Source: Limnohabitans sp. (lineage in GTDB: Bacteria > Pseudomonadota > Gammaproteobacteria > Burkholderiales > Burkholderiaceae_C). Taken from it: a stretch of DNA of 64,000 bases. This document shows positions 18,695 to 30,390 of this stretch, piece by piece. The stretch's first letter is position 1; every line of letters begins with the position of its first letter. A program made the position numbers and the translations under genes. The stretch covers positions 38,465 through 102,464 of the forward strand of contig JBIIJK010000001.1 of assembly GCA_044233865.1 (NCBI GenBank), read 5' to 3'. Under the pieces are notes generated by a model. The model saw only the letters and a program-made list of their open reading frames with translations, was not told the origin of the DNA and did not search any database.

Positions 18695-21664
18695 ATGAAA
18701 ACATTGGTAATTGCAGAGAAGCCTTCAGTGGCTCAAGATATCGTTCGCGCTTTAACGCCGATCGCAGGTAAATTTGAGAAACACGAGGATCACTTTGAGA
18801 GTGAAACCTATGTGGTCACCAGCGCGGTGGGCCACTTGGTGGAAATTCAGGCCCCTGAGAAATTTGACGTGAAACGCGGCAAGTGGAGCTTTGCCCATTT
18901 GCCCGTCATTCCGCCCTACTTCGACTTAAAGCCGGTCGACAAAACCAAAACGCGCCTGAACGCGGTGGTGAAGCAAGCCAAGCGCAAAGACGTGAACGCC
19001 TTGATCAACGCCTGCGATGCGGGGCGTGAGGGCGAGCTCATCTTTCGGTTGATTGAGCAATATGCAGGCACGCAAAAGGCGGGGCAGACCATTCCGTTGG
19101 GCAAGCCTGTGCAACGCCTGTGGCTTCAGAGCATGACGCCGCAAGCCATTCGCGACGGTTTTGACAAGTTGCGCTCTAACCAACAAATGCAAGGCTTGGC
19201 CGATGCGGCGCGCAGCCGTTCTGAAGCTGATTGGCTGGTGGGCATCAATGGCACCCGTGCAATGACCGCATTCAATTCGCGCGATGGCGGCTTCTTTTTA
19301 ACCACGGTCGGCCGCGTACAAACGCCAACCTTGGCAGTGGTCGTGGTGCGCGAAGAGCAAATTCGACAGTTCATCAGCCGCGATTATTGGGAGGTTCATG
19401 CGCAGTTCGATGCTGCCGCGGGCACCTACCCAGGTAAGTGGTTCAACACCGCATGGAAAAAAGATGCCGAGGACGTAGAAAAAAAGGCAGATCGTGTGTG
19501 GACTGCAGCAGAGGCGCAAGCCATTTTGCAGGCCGTTAAAGGCGCCAAAGCCAGCGTCACAGAAGAGGCCAAGCCCACCTCTCAGGCCAGCCCCCAGTTG
19601 TTTGACTTGACCTCTTTGCAGCGCGAAGCCAACGGTAAATTCGGCTTCTCTGCCAAAACCACCTTGTCGCTGGCGCAGTCTTTGTACGAGCGCCACAAGG
19701 CCCTTACCTACCCGCGTACCGATTCGCGTGCATTGCCCGAAGATTATTTGCCGGTGGCCAAGGACACCTTCAACATGTTGGCCGACAGCGGCATGAAGCA
19801 TTTGGCACCGCATGCCCTCACGGCGCTCAACAACGGCTATATCAAGCCCTCTAAGCGTATTTTTGACAATGCCAAGGTCAGCGATCACTTTGCGATCATT
19901 CCTACCTTGCAGGCCCCTTCTGGCTTGTCTGATGCGGAGCAAAAGTTGTATGACCTGGTGGTGCGCCGCTTCATGGCGGTGTTTTTCCCAAGCGCCGAGT
20001 ACATGGTGACCACGCGCATCAGCACGGCGGCAGGACACAGTTTCAAAACCGAAGGCAAGGTCTTGGTCAAGCCCGGTTGGTTGGCCATTTACGGCAAAGA
20101 AGCGGCCGATGAGGTGGACGATGCCAAAGAAGGTGACAAAGGACAAAATTTGGTGGCCGTGGCGCCAGGTGAGCAAGTGGGTGTGGGCTCCGTTGAAAGC
20201 AAGCCCCTCAAAACACGTCCGCCGGCCCGCTATTCAGAAGCCACCTTGCTGGGCGCCATGGAAGGTGCAGGCAAGATGGTTGACGACGACGAGTTGCGCG
20301 AAGCCATGCAAGAAAAAGGTTTGGGTACACCTGCTACACGTGCGGCCATCATTGAGGGATTGATCAATGAAAAATACATTTTGCGCGATGGTCGCGAAAT
20401 GATTCCAACCGCCAAAGCGTTCCAGTTGATGACCTTGTTGCGTGGCCTGGGCGTGGAAGAGTTGTCCAAGCCAGAGCTCACGGGGGAGTGGGAATACAAG
20501 CTGTCGCAAATGGAGCAAGGCAAACTCAGCCGAGAAGACTTCATGCAGCAGATTGCCAACATGACCGAGCACATCGTCAAAAAGGCCAAAGAGTACGACC
20601 GCGACACCATACCCGGTGACTACGCCACCTTGAGCACACCCTGCCCCACTTGCGGCGGTATCGTGAGAGAAAACTATCGTCGGTATGCCTGTGTTGGTAA
20701 AGATGCTGCGTCAGATGACACGGCTGCTGCCGGTTGTGGTTTCTCATTTGGCAAAACACCTGCAGGCCGAACTTTTGAACAAGCTGAAGTTGAGCAATTC
20801 TTGCGCGACAAAAAGATTGGACCTTTAGAAGGCTTCCGCTCCAAGGCGGGCTGGCCATTCACCTCTGAAATTGCACTGAAGTACAACGAAGAAGAGAAAA
20901 ACTGGAAGCTCGAGTTTGACTTTGGCAACGACAAAAACAGCGAAGAGACCGGCGAAATTGTCGACTTCACAGGCAGCGAATCTTTGGGCGCATGTCCCAA
21001 ATGCAGCGGTGCTGTGCATGAGCATGGCAGCAATTACATTTGCGAAAAAGCCGTACCCACAGAAGGTCAACCCACACCCACGTGTAATTTCAAAAGCGGC
21101 AAAATTGTGTTGCAGCAAGTAGTGGAGCGCGAGCAAATTGCCAAATTGCTGAGCGACGGCAAAACCGATTTGCTAGAAAAGTTTGTGAGCAATCGAACGC
21201 GCCGCGCCTTCAAGGCTTTCTTGTCGTGGAATGCCGAAGAAGACAAAGTGGTGTTTGAGTTTGAGCCCCGCAAGAGCAAGTTTCCGCCGCGCAAAACACC
21301 AGCGAAATATGCAGCTGGCGCTAAAACAGCGGCTGGAAAAACGGCGAGTAAGGCCGCAGCTAAAACCACCAAAGCTCCTGCCAAAAAAGCAGCCGCCAAG
21401 AAAACGGCTGCAGCCAAAACACCACGCAAAGCGGCAGTCGGCAACCTTACGCCCAGCGCCGATTTGGCCGCAGTGATTGGTACCGACAAAGTGGCGCGCA
21501 CAGAAGTGGTGAAGAAGTTATGGGACTACATCAAGGCGCAAGGCTTGCAAGACCCTACCAACAAACGCGCCATCAATGCCGATGCCAAACTCAAACCTGT
21601 GTTTGGCAAAGACCAAATCACGATGTTTGAATTGGCGGGGTTAATTGGCAAGCACCTGAGTTGA
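18695..21664 (+). CDS. topB: DNA topoisomerase III with C-terminal zinc ribbons, Ala/Lys-rich tract and SWIB/MDM2 domain
   Basis: Opens with the TOPRIM N-terminus MKTLVIAEKPSVAQDI and has the type IA core. Carries CxxC zinc ribbons (CPTCGG, CPKCSG) and the AK-rich stretch AKYAAGAKTAAGKTASKAAAKTTKAPAKKAAAKKTAAAKTPRKAA. It ends with a SWIB-like segment, LTPSADLAAVIGTDKVARTEVVKKLWDYIKAQGLQDP...MFELAGLIGKHL. The ORF-track start at 18623 reads through the RY tract and is unlikely. Confidence 0.93.
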   Translation: MKTLVIAEKPSVAQDIVRALTPIAGKFEKHEDHFESETYVVTSAVGHLVEIQAPEKFDVKRGKWSFAHLPVIPPYFDLKPVDKTKTRLNAVVKQAKRKDVNALINACDAGREGELIFRLIEQYAGTQKAGQTIPLGKPVQRLWLQSMTPQAIRDGFDKLRSNQQMQGLADAARSRSEADWLVGINGTRAMTAFNSRDGGFFLTTVGRVQTPTLAVVVVREEQIRQFISRDYWEVHAQFDAAAGTYPGKWFNTAWKKDAEDVEKKADRVWTAAEAQAILQAVKGAKASVTEEAKPTSQASPQLFDLTSLQREANGKFGFSAKTTLSLAQSLYERHKALTYPRTDSRALPEDYLPVAKDTFNMLADSGMKHLAPHALTALNNGYIKPSKRIFDNAKVSDHFAIIPTLQAPSGLSDAEQKLYDLVVRRFMAVFFPSAEYMVTTRISTAAGHSFKTEGKVLVKPGWLAIYGKEAADEVDDAKEGDKGQNLVAVAPGEQVGVGSVESKPLKTRPPARYSEATLLGAMEGAGKMVDDDELREAMQEKGLGTPATRAAIIEGLINEKYILRDGREMIPTAKAFQLMTLLRGLGVEELSKPELTGEWEYKLSQMEQGKLSREDFMQQIANMTEHIVKKAKEYDRDTIPGDYATLSTPCPTCGGIVRENYRRYACVGKDAASDDTAAAGCGFSFGKTPAGRTFEQAEVEQFLRDKKIGPLEGFRSKAGWPFTSEIALKYNEEEKNWKLEFDFGNDKNSEETGEIVDFTGSESLGACPKCSGAVHEHGSNYICEKAVPTEGQPTPTCNFKSGKIVLQQVVEREQIAKLLSDGKTDLLEKFVSNRTRRAFKAFLSWNAEEDKVVFEFEPRKSKFPPRKTPAKYAAGAKTAAGKTASKAAAKTTKAPAKKAAAKKTAAAKTPRKAAVGNLTPSADLAAVIGTDKVARTEVVKKLWDYIKAQGLQDPTNKRAINADAKLKPVFGKDQITMFELAGLIGKHLS

Positions 21665-21706
21665 GTCTTTGCATCGAGTGACAACGGCGCAATTTTTTAT
21701 CAGTCG

Positions 21707-21764
21707 AAAAAAAGCCCAGCCAGAAATGGGTGGGCTTTTTGCATTCACGCCTTGAAGCGTGAAT
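21707..21764. terminator. bidirectional terminator region between topB and gapA
   Basis: AAAAAAAGCCCAgccagaaatggTGGGCTTTTT is flanked by an A-run and a T-run. An adjacent 8-bp hairpin, ATTCACGC-cttgaa-GCGTGAAT, follows. Confidence 0.75.
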
Positions 21765-21779
21765 TTGGGGCCAAGCAAA

Positions 21780-22781
<1,002 letters not shown>

Positions 22782-22836
22782 CTATTTCCTTTAATGTTAA
22801 TTTTGAATTTTTTCAAGTGCAGCGCGAAGTGAAGAT

Positions 22837-24879
22837 TTATTTCTTCTGCAAAGCCGCTTGCACGGTCTCGGCCACGTTTTCTGCCGTGAAGCCAAAGTGT
22901 TTGAAGAGCACAGGTGCAGGTGCAGACTCGCCGTATGTGTCGATGCCCACCACGGCAGCAACACCATATTTCCACCAACCATCGGTACTGCCCATCTCAA
23001 CCGCCACACGTGGCAAGCCGGCTGGCAAGACTTCAGATTTGTAACTGCTGGTTTGACGATCGAAGGTGGTGGTGCTGGGCATGGACACCACACGCACGCC
23101 AATTTTCTTCGCGGCCAACAACTCTTGTGCCTTCAAAGCCAATTGCACTTCAGAGCCTGTGGCAATGATCACGGCTTTCGTCTTCTTAATGCCCACGCGT
23201 GAAGGCTCAGCCAATACATAAGCACCGCGGCTAATCTCGCCCAAATCTGACTTGGGAGAGTAAGGCAGGTTTTGTCGAGACAACAGCAGGGCTGTGGGGC
23301 GGTCTTTGTTTTCCAAAGCCACGGCCCATGCCACAGTAGTTTCTGCAGTATCGGCAGGACGCCACACATCAAGGCCGGGAATCAAACGCAAGCTGGCCGC
23401 GTGCTCAACGGACTGGTGTGTCGGGCCGTCTTCACCCAAACCAATAGAGTCGTGCGTGAAAACATGGATCACGCGTTGCTTCATGAGCGCTGCCATGCGG
23501 ATGGCATTGCGCGAGTAATCGCTGAAGGTGAGAAAGGTGCCGCCGTAAGGGATGAAGCCGCCGTGTAAAGTGACACCATTCATGATGGCCGCCATGCCAA
23601 ATTCGCGCACACCATAGTTGATGTGGCGGCCTATTTGGCCTTTGTCGTTCTTCACCACATCGCCTGCCAAGTTGATGCGCAATGCGGGCGTGGAAGACGT
23701 GTTGGTCAGGTTAGACCCTGTGAGGTCAGCAGAGCCGCCCAGCATTTCAGGCAAGGCGGCGGTGAATGCTTCTAATGCCAATTGGCTGGCTTTGCGGCTG
23801 GCCACTGTTTCGGCTTTGGTATGCGCAGCAATGACGGCGTCTACCGCAGTTTGTGCAAAGTTCTTGGGCAACTCGCCTTTCATACGGCGCACAAATTCAT
23901 TGGCCAAGGTGGGGTGAGCTGCTTTGTAGGCGGCAAACGCTTTGTTCCAATCGGCTTCGCGTGCAGCACCACTTTGCTTGGCATCCCAGCTGGCGTAAAC
24001 ATCTTTCGGAATTACGAAGGGCTCGTGCGCCCAACCCAATGCTTCGCGCGTGAGTTTGATTTCTTCGGCGCCCAAAGGTTCGCCGTGTGCTTTGGATGTG
24101 TTGGCGCGGTTGGGGCTGCCTTTGCCGATAGCCGTTTTGCAAACAATGAGTGTGGGTTTGTCTGAGCTGTTCTTGGCATCTGCAATGGCTTTGGACACAG
24201 CCGCAGCATTGTGGCCATCAACAGCATCGATCACGTTCCAACCGTAAGCGGCAAAACGTTGCGGCGTGTTGTCAATGAACCATGGGGCCACTTGGCCGTC
24301 AATTGAAATGCCGTTATCGTCGTACATCGCGATCAGTTTGTTGAGCTTCCAAGCGCCAGCCAATGCGCATGCTTCGTGGCTGATGCCTTCCATCAAGCAA
24401 CCATCGCCCATGAACACGTAAGTATGGTGATCAACGATGCTGTGTCCAACTTGATTGAATTCTGCGGCCAATAATTTTTCAGCCAAGGCCATGCCCACCG
24501 CATTGGTGATGCCTTGTCCCAAAGGACCTGTGGTGGTTTCTACACCGGGGGTGATGCCCACTTCGGGGTGACCGGCGGTTTTGCTGTGCAACTGGCGGAA
24601 GTTTTTCAACTCAGTCATGGGCAATGGATAGCCTGTGAGGTGCAACAATGCATAGATGATCATCGAGCCATGACCATTGGACAAAACAAAGCGATCGCGG
24701 TTGGCCCAATGTGGGTTTTTGGGGTTGTGTTGCAAATGCTCGCCCCACAAAGCCACGGCCATATCGGCCATGCCCATCGGCGCGCCTGGGTGACCCGAAT
24801 TGGCTTGTTGAACAGCGTCCATGGCCAGGGCGCGAATTGCATTGGCCATTTGTTGAGCTGCGGGTTGGGTGATTGCCAT
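22837..24879 (-). CDS. tkt: transketolase
   Basis: [25 protein letters not shown] plus the TPP motif. The ATG at 24879 is preceded by GGAG. The ORF-track start at 24927 adds 16 non-conserved residues. Confidence 0.96.
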   Translation of the reverse strand: MAITQPAAQQMANAIRALAMDAVQQANSGHPGAPMGMADMAVALWGEHLQHNPKNPHWANRDRFVLSNGHGSMIIYALLHLTGYPLPMTELKNFRQLHSKTAGHPEVGITPGVETTTGPLGQGITNAVGMALAEKLLAAEFNQVGHSIVDHHTYVFMGDGCLMEGISHEACALAGAWKLNKLIAMYDDNGISIDGQVAPWFIDNTPQRFAAYGWNVIDAVDGHNAAAVSKAIADAKNSSDKPTLIVCKTAIGKGSPNRANTSKAHGEPLGAEEIKLTREALGWAHEPFVIPKDVYASWDAKQSGAAREADWNKAFAAYKAAHPTLANEFVRRMKGELPKNFAQTAVDAVIAAHTKAETVASRKASQLALEAFTAALPEMLGGSADLTGSNLTNTSSTPALRINLAGDVVKNDKGQIGRHINYGVREFGMAAIMNGVTLHGGFIPYGGTFLTFSDYSRNAIRMAALMKQRVIHVFTHDSIGLGEDGPTHQSVEHAASLRLIPGLDVWRPADTAETTVAWAVALENKDRPTALLLSRQNLPYSPKSDLGEISRGAYVLAEPSRVGIKKTKAVIIATGSEVQLALKAQELLAAKKIGVRVVSMPSTTTFDRQTSSYKSEVLPAGLPRVAVEMGSTDGWWKYGVAAVVGIDTYGESAPAPVLFKHFGFTAENVAETVQAALQKK

Positions 24880-24990
24880 GGGGGCTCCAAATAAAAGGTC
24901 GGGTGAAATTGACAAAGAAATCGACAACTAAGCCCGATATTTTACTGCCCATGAGCTTGCGCAAGCCGCACAGCATGGCAACATAGCGGG

Positions 24991-25803
24991 ATGCGTTTGA
25001 ACACCATGGATTCAAGTTTAGAAACCGATGCACCCAAGCGTTGGGTGGGCGCCTCGCCTGAGGGCTTGGCCAGCGCCATGGTTTTGGCTGCCGGTCGCGG
25101 TGAGCGCATGCGCCCATTAACCGATACCACGCCCAAACCCATGCTTGAGGTGCACGGAAAACCATTGATGCAATGGCACATGGAGGCTTTGGCTAAGGCT
25201 GGCCACCTTGATCAATTGATCAACACCGCATGGCTAGGACCCCAAATTGAGGCGCACTTTGGTTTGAATCCCAATTTGCCAAATGGCGGCAGGGTGCGTT
25301 TGCGCTATTCGCATGAGGGCAAAGAGTTTGGCTACGCCCTCGAAACGGCTGGGGGTATCGTGCGGGCGTTGCCCTTCTTGGCGCCTGTTTTTTGGGTGGT
25401 GGCTGGCGACATTTACGCGCCCCAATTTGATTTCGCTCCCGCCATTGCAAAAGAGTTTATGCGCAGTGACAAATTGGCCCACTTATGGCTGGTCCCCAAT
25501 CCCGCCCACAATCCAAAGGGAGATTTTGGCTTGTCCTCTGAGGGCTTGGCGTTGAACTTACCCAAATCGGCCACGTTGTTTACCTTCAGCACATTGGCTT
25601 TGTACAAAAAAGAGTTCTTCGCCACGGCTTTGACGGGCTTGCCCGAAGGCAATCCGCAAGGCAAGTCTGCACCTTTGGCCCCCTTGTTGCGCGCCGCCAT
25701 GGACCGCGGTATGGTGAGCGCCAGCCTTTACACAGGCGCTTGGACGGACGTGGGTACCCCTGAGCGTTTAAGGGACTTGAACCAATCACCAGCAACGCCT
25801 TAA
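24991..25803 (+). CDS. murU: nucleotidyltransferase, MurU-like (N-acetylmuramate-1-phosphate uridylyltransferase)
   Basis: LAAGRGERMRPLTDTTPKPMLEV is a sugar-nucleotidyltransferase motif. The true start may be the ATG at 25078 (MVLAAGRGERM). Confidence 0.75.
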   Translation: MRLNTMDSSLETDAPKRWVGASPEGLASAMVLAAGRGERMRPLTDTTPKPMLEVHGKPLMQWHMEALAKAGHLDQLINTAWLGPQIEAHFGLNPNLPNGGRVRLRYSHEGKEFGYALETAGGIVRALPFLAPVFWVVAGDIYAPQFDFAPAIAKEFMRSDKLAHLWLVPNPAHNPKGDFGLSSEGLALNLPKSATLFTFSTLALYKKEFFATALTGLPEGNPQGKSAPLAPLLRAAMDRGMVSASLYTGAWTDVGTPERLRDLNQSPATP

Positions 25804-25837
25804 ACTCTTTGTACACATTCAGAAACCCCCCAACAAC

Positions 25838-27238
25838 ATGACCATTGATTCAAATTTGTACGCCAAGCGCCGTGCTCAATTGGCCGCCAAAATGGCAGCG
25901 CAAGCCCCCAACAGCATTGCCATTATTCCCACAGCGCCAGAACGTCAACGCAATCGCGACAGTGACTTCTTGTTCAGACATGACAGTTATTTTTATTACT
26001 TAACCGGCTTTACCGAACCCAATGCTTGGTTGGTCTTAACTTCAGATGGCCAGGCCACTTTGTTTTGTCAACCCAAAGATTTAGAGCGCGAAATTTGGGA
26101 TGGTGTTCGTGTGGGGCCAGAAGCTGCGCCTTCTCAATTGGGCGTTCACAACGCCTGGTCGGTGTTGGCCCTTGATGCCAAATTGCCTGCCCTGCTTGAA
26201 AACAAGTCGGTCGTTTGGTACCCCTTTGCAACGCACAAAGACTTGTCTGCGCGCATTGAAACAGGCCTCAATGCCGTTCGCTCGCGCGTGCGCTACGGCG
26301 CATTGTGCCCAGAGCAGCAACGCGATGTGTGCGGCATTTTGGATGAAATGCGATTGGTCAAAGACGCACATGAACTGGACATCATGCGTCGCGCATCTCA
26401 AATCAGTGCGGGCGCTCACATTCGTGCAATGAAAAGATCTGCAAGCATGTTGAGAGCAGGGCAAGACGTCCGTGAATACCATTTGGACGCCGAACTGCTT
26501 CATGAATTTCGCCAACACGGCTCCCAATATCCGGCTTATGGCTCTATTGTGGCCGGCGGTGCCAATGCATGTGTGCTGCACTACCGCGCTGATGCTGCGC
26601 CTATTTTGAGTGGCGATTTGGTTTTGATCGATGCCGGCTGTGAACTTGATGGCTATGCCAGCGACATCACACGCACGTTTCCCGCTAACGGCAAATTCAG
26701 CTCGGCACAACGCGAACTTTATGACTTGGTCCTGGCATCGCAAGAGGCTGCGATTGCAGCCACGCATGAAGGCGCACGTTTTGTAGATCCGCACGAAGCA
26801 ACGGTCAAGGTGTTGGCGCAAGGCATGCTCGATGTCGGTCTTTTAGATGCCAACAAAGTGGGCAATGTGCAAGATGTGATTGCCAATCGAAGCTATTTCC
26901 AGTTTTACATGCACCGAACCGGCCATTGGCTTGGCATGGATGTGCATGACTGCGGCAGTTATGTCGAACCATCAGAAGTGGGCACCTTCAGTGAGCGCAA
27001 AGACCCCTTAAGCGGAGAACTCATCAAGGACCGCCCAAGCCGCATTTTGCGACCTGGCATGGTCTTGACCATTGAGCCGGGCATTTATGTCAGACCCGCC
27101 CCAGGGGTGCCCGAGCGTTTCCACAACATTGGTATTCGAATTGAAGACGATGCGGTCGTGACCGCAAATGGTTGCGAGTTGATCACGCGCGGCGTGCCTG
27201 TGAAAGCCGACGAAATTGAAGCAATCATGCGCGATTGA
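25838..27238 (+). CDS. pepP: Xaa-Pro aminopeptidase
   Basis: 466 aa. An N-terminal creatinase-like domain plus an M24 pita-bread domain (HRTGHWLGMDVHD, LTIEPGIY, IRIEDD). Confidence 0.92.
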   Translation: MTIDSNLYAKRRAQLAAKMAAQAPNSIAIIPTAPERQRNRDSDFLFRHDSYFYYLTGFTEPNAWLVLTSDGQATLFCQPKDLEREIWDGVRVGPEAAPSQLGVHNAWSVLALDAKLPALLENKSVVWYPFATHKDLSARIETGLNAVRSRVRYGALCPEQQRDVCGILDEMRLVKDAHELDIMRRASQISAGAHIRAMKRSASMLRAGQDVREYHLDAELLHEFRQHGSQYPAYGSIVAGGANACVLHYRADAAPILSGDLVLIDAGCELDGYASDITRTFPANGKFSSAQRELYDLVLASQEAAIAATHEGARFVDPHEATVKVLAQGMLDVGLLDANKVGNVQDVIANRSYFQFYMHRTGHWLGMDVHDCGSYVEPSEVGTFSERKDPLSGELIKDRPSRILRPGMVLTIEPGIYVRPAPGVPERFHNIGIRIEDDAVVTANGCELITRGVPVKADEIEAIMRD

Positions 27239-27409
27239 TCGCTCACCTTAGCGCACCTCAGTTGTGCGCCAAAGTTAAAACACTGCAGACTTTGCATGCA
27301 GTTTTCCACAAACTGACCCTTGACTTGGGGGGTCTAGAATCAGATGTAGCAGACCGCCATTCCCTTCAATCAGTGAAGCCGGCGTTTATTGCCTAAAAGG
27401 AGACCGAAA

Positions 27410-29710
27410 ATGACCCAAGACAATGCCGAAGAGCGCCGCGCTCAGTTGCGCCGCGCCGCCCTCGAATATCACGAATTCCCCACCCCCGGCAAAATCTCCA
27501 TTGCGGCCACCAAGCAATTGGTCAATCAGCACGACTTGGCTTTGGCCTACTCGCCAGGTGTGGCAGCGCCTTGCGAAGAAATTGTCAAAGACCCCAACGC
27601 AGCATTCAAATACACCAGTCGTGGCAATTTGGTTGGGGTGATCACCAACGGAACCGCCGTACTGGGTTTGGGTGACATTGGCCCCTTGGCCGGTAAACCC
27701 GTCATGGAGGGCAAGGCGGTTCTTTTCAAAAAATTCTCTGGCATTGATGTGTTTGACATCGAAATCAATGAAAAAGACCCGGAGAAGCTGGTCGAGATCA
27801 TTGCCGCGCTAGAGCCCACATTTGGCGGCATCAACTTAGAAGACATCAAGGCGCCAGATTGTTTTTATGTAGAGCGCAAATTGCGCGAACGCATGAAAAT
27901 TCCAGTCTTTCACGATGATCAGCACGGCACGGCCATCACCGTAGGCGCCGCCATTTTGAACGGCTTGAAGGTGGTGGGCAAAGATGTCAGCAAAGTGAAA
28001 TTGGTCACGTCAGGCGCGGGCGCGGCAGCTTTGGCCTGCCTAGGCTTGTTGGTCAAACTGGGCATCCCACGAGAAAATATTTGGGTCACCGACTTAGCAG
28101 GCTTGGTTTACGAAGGCCGCACCGAGTTGATGGACGAAGACAAAATTCAGTTTTCGCAAAAAACATCGCAACGCACATTGGCCGAGGCCATTGAGGGCGC
28201 CGATGTGTTCTTGGGCTTGTCCGCTGGCGGTGTGTTGAAACAAGACATGGTGAAAAAAATGGCGGCCAAGCCTTTGATTTTTGCTTTGGCCAACCCCAAC
28301 CCCGAAATCTTGCCTGAAGAGGTCAAAGCGGTTCGCGATGACGCCATCATGGCCACGGGGCGAACCGACTACCCCAACCAAGTCAACAACGTTTTGTGCT
28401 TCCCCTACATTTTTCGAGGTGCCTTGGACAGTGGTGCCACCACCATCACGCAAGAGATGGAAATTGCCGCGGTGTATGCCATTGCCGAATTGGCGCAGGC
28501 AGAACAAAGTGAAGTAGTGGCCGCCGCTTATTCCGGCGAGCCCTTGGTTTTTGGCCCTGAGTATTTAATTCCCAAGCCATTCGATCCGCGTTTGATGATC
28601 AAAATTGCACCGGCGGTTGCGCAAGCGGCGGCTGACAGCGGCGTGGCGCTGAGGCCGATCGCTGACATGGAAGCCTATCGCGAGCGTCTTCAAAATTTTG
28701 TGTATGCGTCCGGCACCACCATGAAGCCTATCTTCACGGCGGCCAAGCGAGGCTTGAAAAAACGCGTGGCCTACAGCGAGGGCGAAGAAGAGCGCGTTTT
28801 GCGTGCCGCGCAAATTGTGAGCGACGAAGGCTTGGCTCGCCCCACCCTGATTGGCCGCCCAGCGGTCATTGCTGAAAGAGTTGAAAAATTTGGTTTGCGA
28901 TTGAAAGAGGGCCTCGATTACGAGGTTGTCAATGTAGAGGAGGACCACCGCTACCGTGACTTTTGGCAAACCTACCATCGCATGCAAGAGCGCAAGGGCA
29001 TTACGGTTCAAATGGCCAAGATAGAAATGCGTCGACGTTTGTCCTTGATTGGAACGATGTTGTTGCACAAGGGTGATGTCGATGGCCTCATTTGTGGCAC
29101 TTGGGGCACCAATGCCACCCACCTGCCCTACGTGGAACAAGTGATCGGCAAGCGCCCTGGCGTCAATACCTTTGCTTGCATGAACGGATTGTTGCTACCC
29201 ACTCGACAAGTTTTTTTGGTCGATACGCATGTCAATTACGACCCGACGGCAGAGCAGTTGGCAGAAATCACGGTCATGGCCGCCCACGAAATGAAGCGAT
29301 TTGGTATTCGTCCGAAGGTTGCTTTGTTGTCGCACTCAAACTTTGGTACCTCCAATGAGCCGAGCGCTGTGAAAATGCGCGACACCTTGGCCTTGCTGCA
29401 GAAAAACGCACCATGGTTGGAAGTGGACGGCGAAATGCATGGTGACATTGCCTTGGATGGTGACGCACGCGCCCTGCTAATGCCCAATAGCACTTTGCAG
29501 GGCGATGCCAACCTCTTGGTCTGCCCCAATATTGATGCGGCCAATATTTCCTACAACCTCTTGAAAACAGCTGCTGGCGGCAATATTGCCATTGGCCCCG
29601 TTCTTCTGGGCGCAGCCAAACCGGTCCACATCTTGACGCCTAGCGCCACGGTGCGCCGCATCGTGAATATGACAGCCCTGACGGTAGCGGACGCTAACGC
29701 CGTTCGATAG
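27410..29710 (+). CDS. maeB: NADP-dependent malic enzyme (malic enzyme + PTA-like domain)
   Basis: [13 protein letters not shown], the ...[17 protein letters not shown] motif, and a C-terminal phosphate acetyltransferase-like domain. The ATG at 27410 is preceded by AAAGGAG. Confidence 0.95.
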   Translation: MTQDNAEERRAQLRRAALEYHEFPTPGKISIAATKQLVNQHDLALAYSPGVAAPCEEIVKDPNAAFKYTSRGNLVGVITNGTAVLGLGDIGPLAGKPVMEGKAVLFKKFSGIDVFDIEINEKDPEKLVEIIAALEPTFGGINLEDIKAPDCFYVERKLRERMKIPVFHDDQHGTAITVGAAILNGLKVVGKDVSKVKLVTSGAGAAALACLGLLVKLGIPRENIWVTDLAGLVYEGRTELMDEDKIQFSQKTSQRTLAEAIEGADVFLGLSAGGVLKQDMVKKMAAKPLIFALANPNPEILPEEVKAVRDDAIMATGRTDYPNQVNNVLCFPYIFRGALDSGATTITQEMEIAAVYAIAELAQAEQSEVVAAAYSGEPLVFGPEYLIPKPFDPRLMIKIAPAVAQAAADSGVALRPIADMEAYRERLQNFVYASGTTMKPIFTAAKRGLKKRVAYSEGEEERVLRAAQIVSDEGLARPTLIGRPAVIAERVEKFGLRLKEGLDYEVVNVEEDHRYRDFWQTYHRMQERKGITVQMAKIEMRRRLSLIGTMLLHKGDVDGLICGTWGTNATHLPYVEQVIGKRPGVNTFACMNGLLLPTRQVFLVDTHVNYDPTAEQLAEITVMAAHEMKRFGIRPKVALLSHSNFGTSNEPSAVKMRDTLALLQKNAPWLEVDGEMHGDIALDGDARALLMPNSTLQGDANLLVCPNIDAANISYNLLKTAAGGNIAIGPVLLGAAKPVHILTPSATVRRIVNMTALTVADANAVR

Positions 29711-29854
29711 CCCCTTCTGGTAATTTCCCTTTATTGGGGAAAGTACTTGCATTTTTTAGCGCATTGCGGCAAAATTGCGGCTTCGAATTTTCGGGTTTAC
29801 CCGAGAGTTTTGAAGGTTTAAAGTGGGTGTGCGGCACCGTGTCACAGGAATGAA

Positions 29855-30259
29855 ATGCGCTCTAAAACGCTTAATTTTTCTGCGCTAGCCGTCTGTTTGG
29901 GCCTCTTGTTTGCGCCTTGCACAATTTTGGTGCAAGCCAAATCGGTTGCCGAATCAGTTGTTGTTGCCCCCATTGCTTTACAGGACTTGCCCAAAGAAGG
30001 CCAAGAGACCTATCTACTCATCCGTCAGGGTGGGCCGTTTCGGTACGAAAAAGATGGTGTTGTTTTTGGCAATCGAGAGCGGCTCTTGCCTCAAGCAAAG
30101 CGTGGTTTTTACCGCGAATACACCGTCAAAACTCCAGGTGAAAAGAGCCGTGGCGCCCGTCGAATTGTGTGTGGAGGGGAAGAACCTCGCGTGCCAAAAC
30201 ATTGTTTTTACACGCAAGACCACTACAGCAGTTTTAGGGAAATTGTGAACGTGCCGTGA
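29855..30259 (+). CDS. secreted guanyl-specific ribonuclease (RNase Sa/barnase/N1 family)
   Basis: Has a signal peptide. GPFRYEKDGVVFGNRERLLP, YREYTVKTPGEKSRGARRIVCG and FYTQDHYSSFREI align with RNase Sa (GPFPYSQDGVVFQNRESVLP, YHEYTVITPGARTRGTRRIICG, YYTGDHYATFSLI). This includes the catalytic Glu and His. Confidence 0.9.
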   Translation: MRSKTLNFSALAVCLGLLFAPCTILVQAKSVAESVVVAPIALQDLPKEGQETYLLIRQGGPFRYEKDGVVFGNRERLLPQAKRGFYREYTVKTPGEKSRGARRIVCGGEEPRVPKHCFYTQDHYSSFREIVNVP

Positions 30260-30390
30260 AAGCGGTCTTTGCGACTGTTTGGCCACTGTTTGAAGTAATT
30301 CTAAAGATGAGTGCTTGCAAGCGAGTACTCGGTATATGTCAATCAAAAGCCCAAAAGGCTGGTTTTAAAAATTAGAGAGTGAGAACGGCG

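Noticed and set aside
19298-20176. 292-aa minus-strand ORF, and the similar ORFs at 20230-21501
   Set aside because: They are antisense to topB with no motifs. topB reads continuously on the plus strand.
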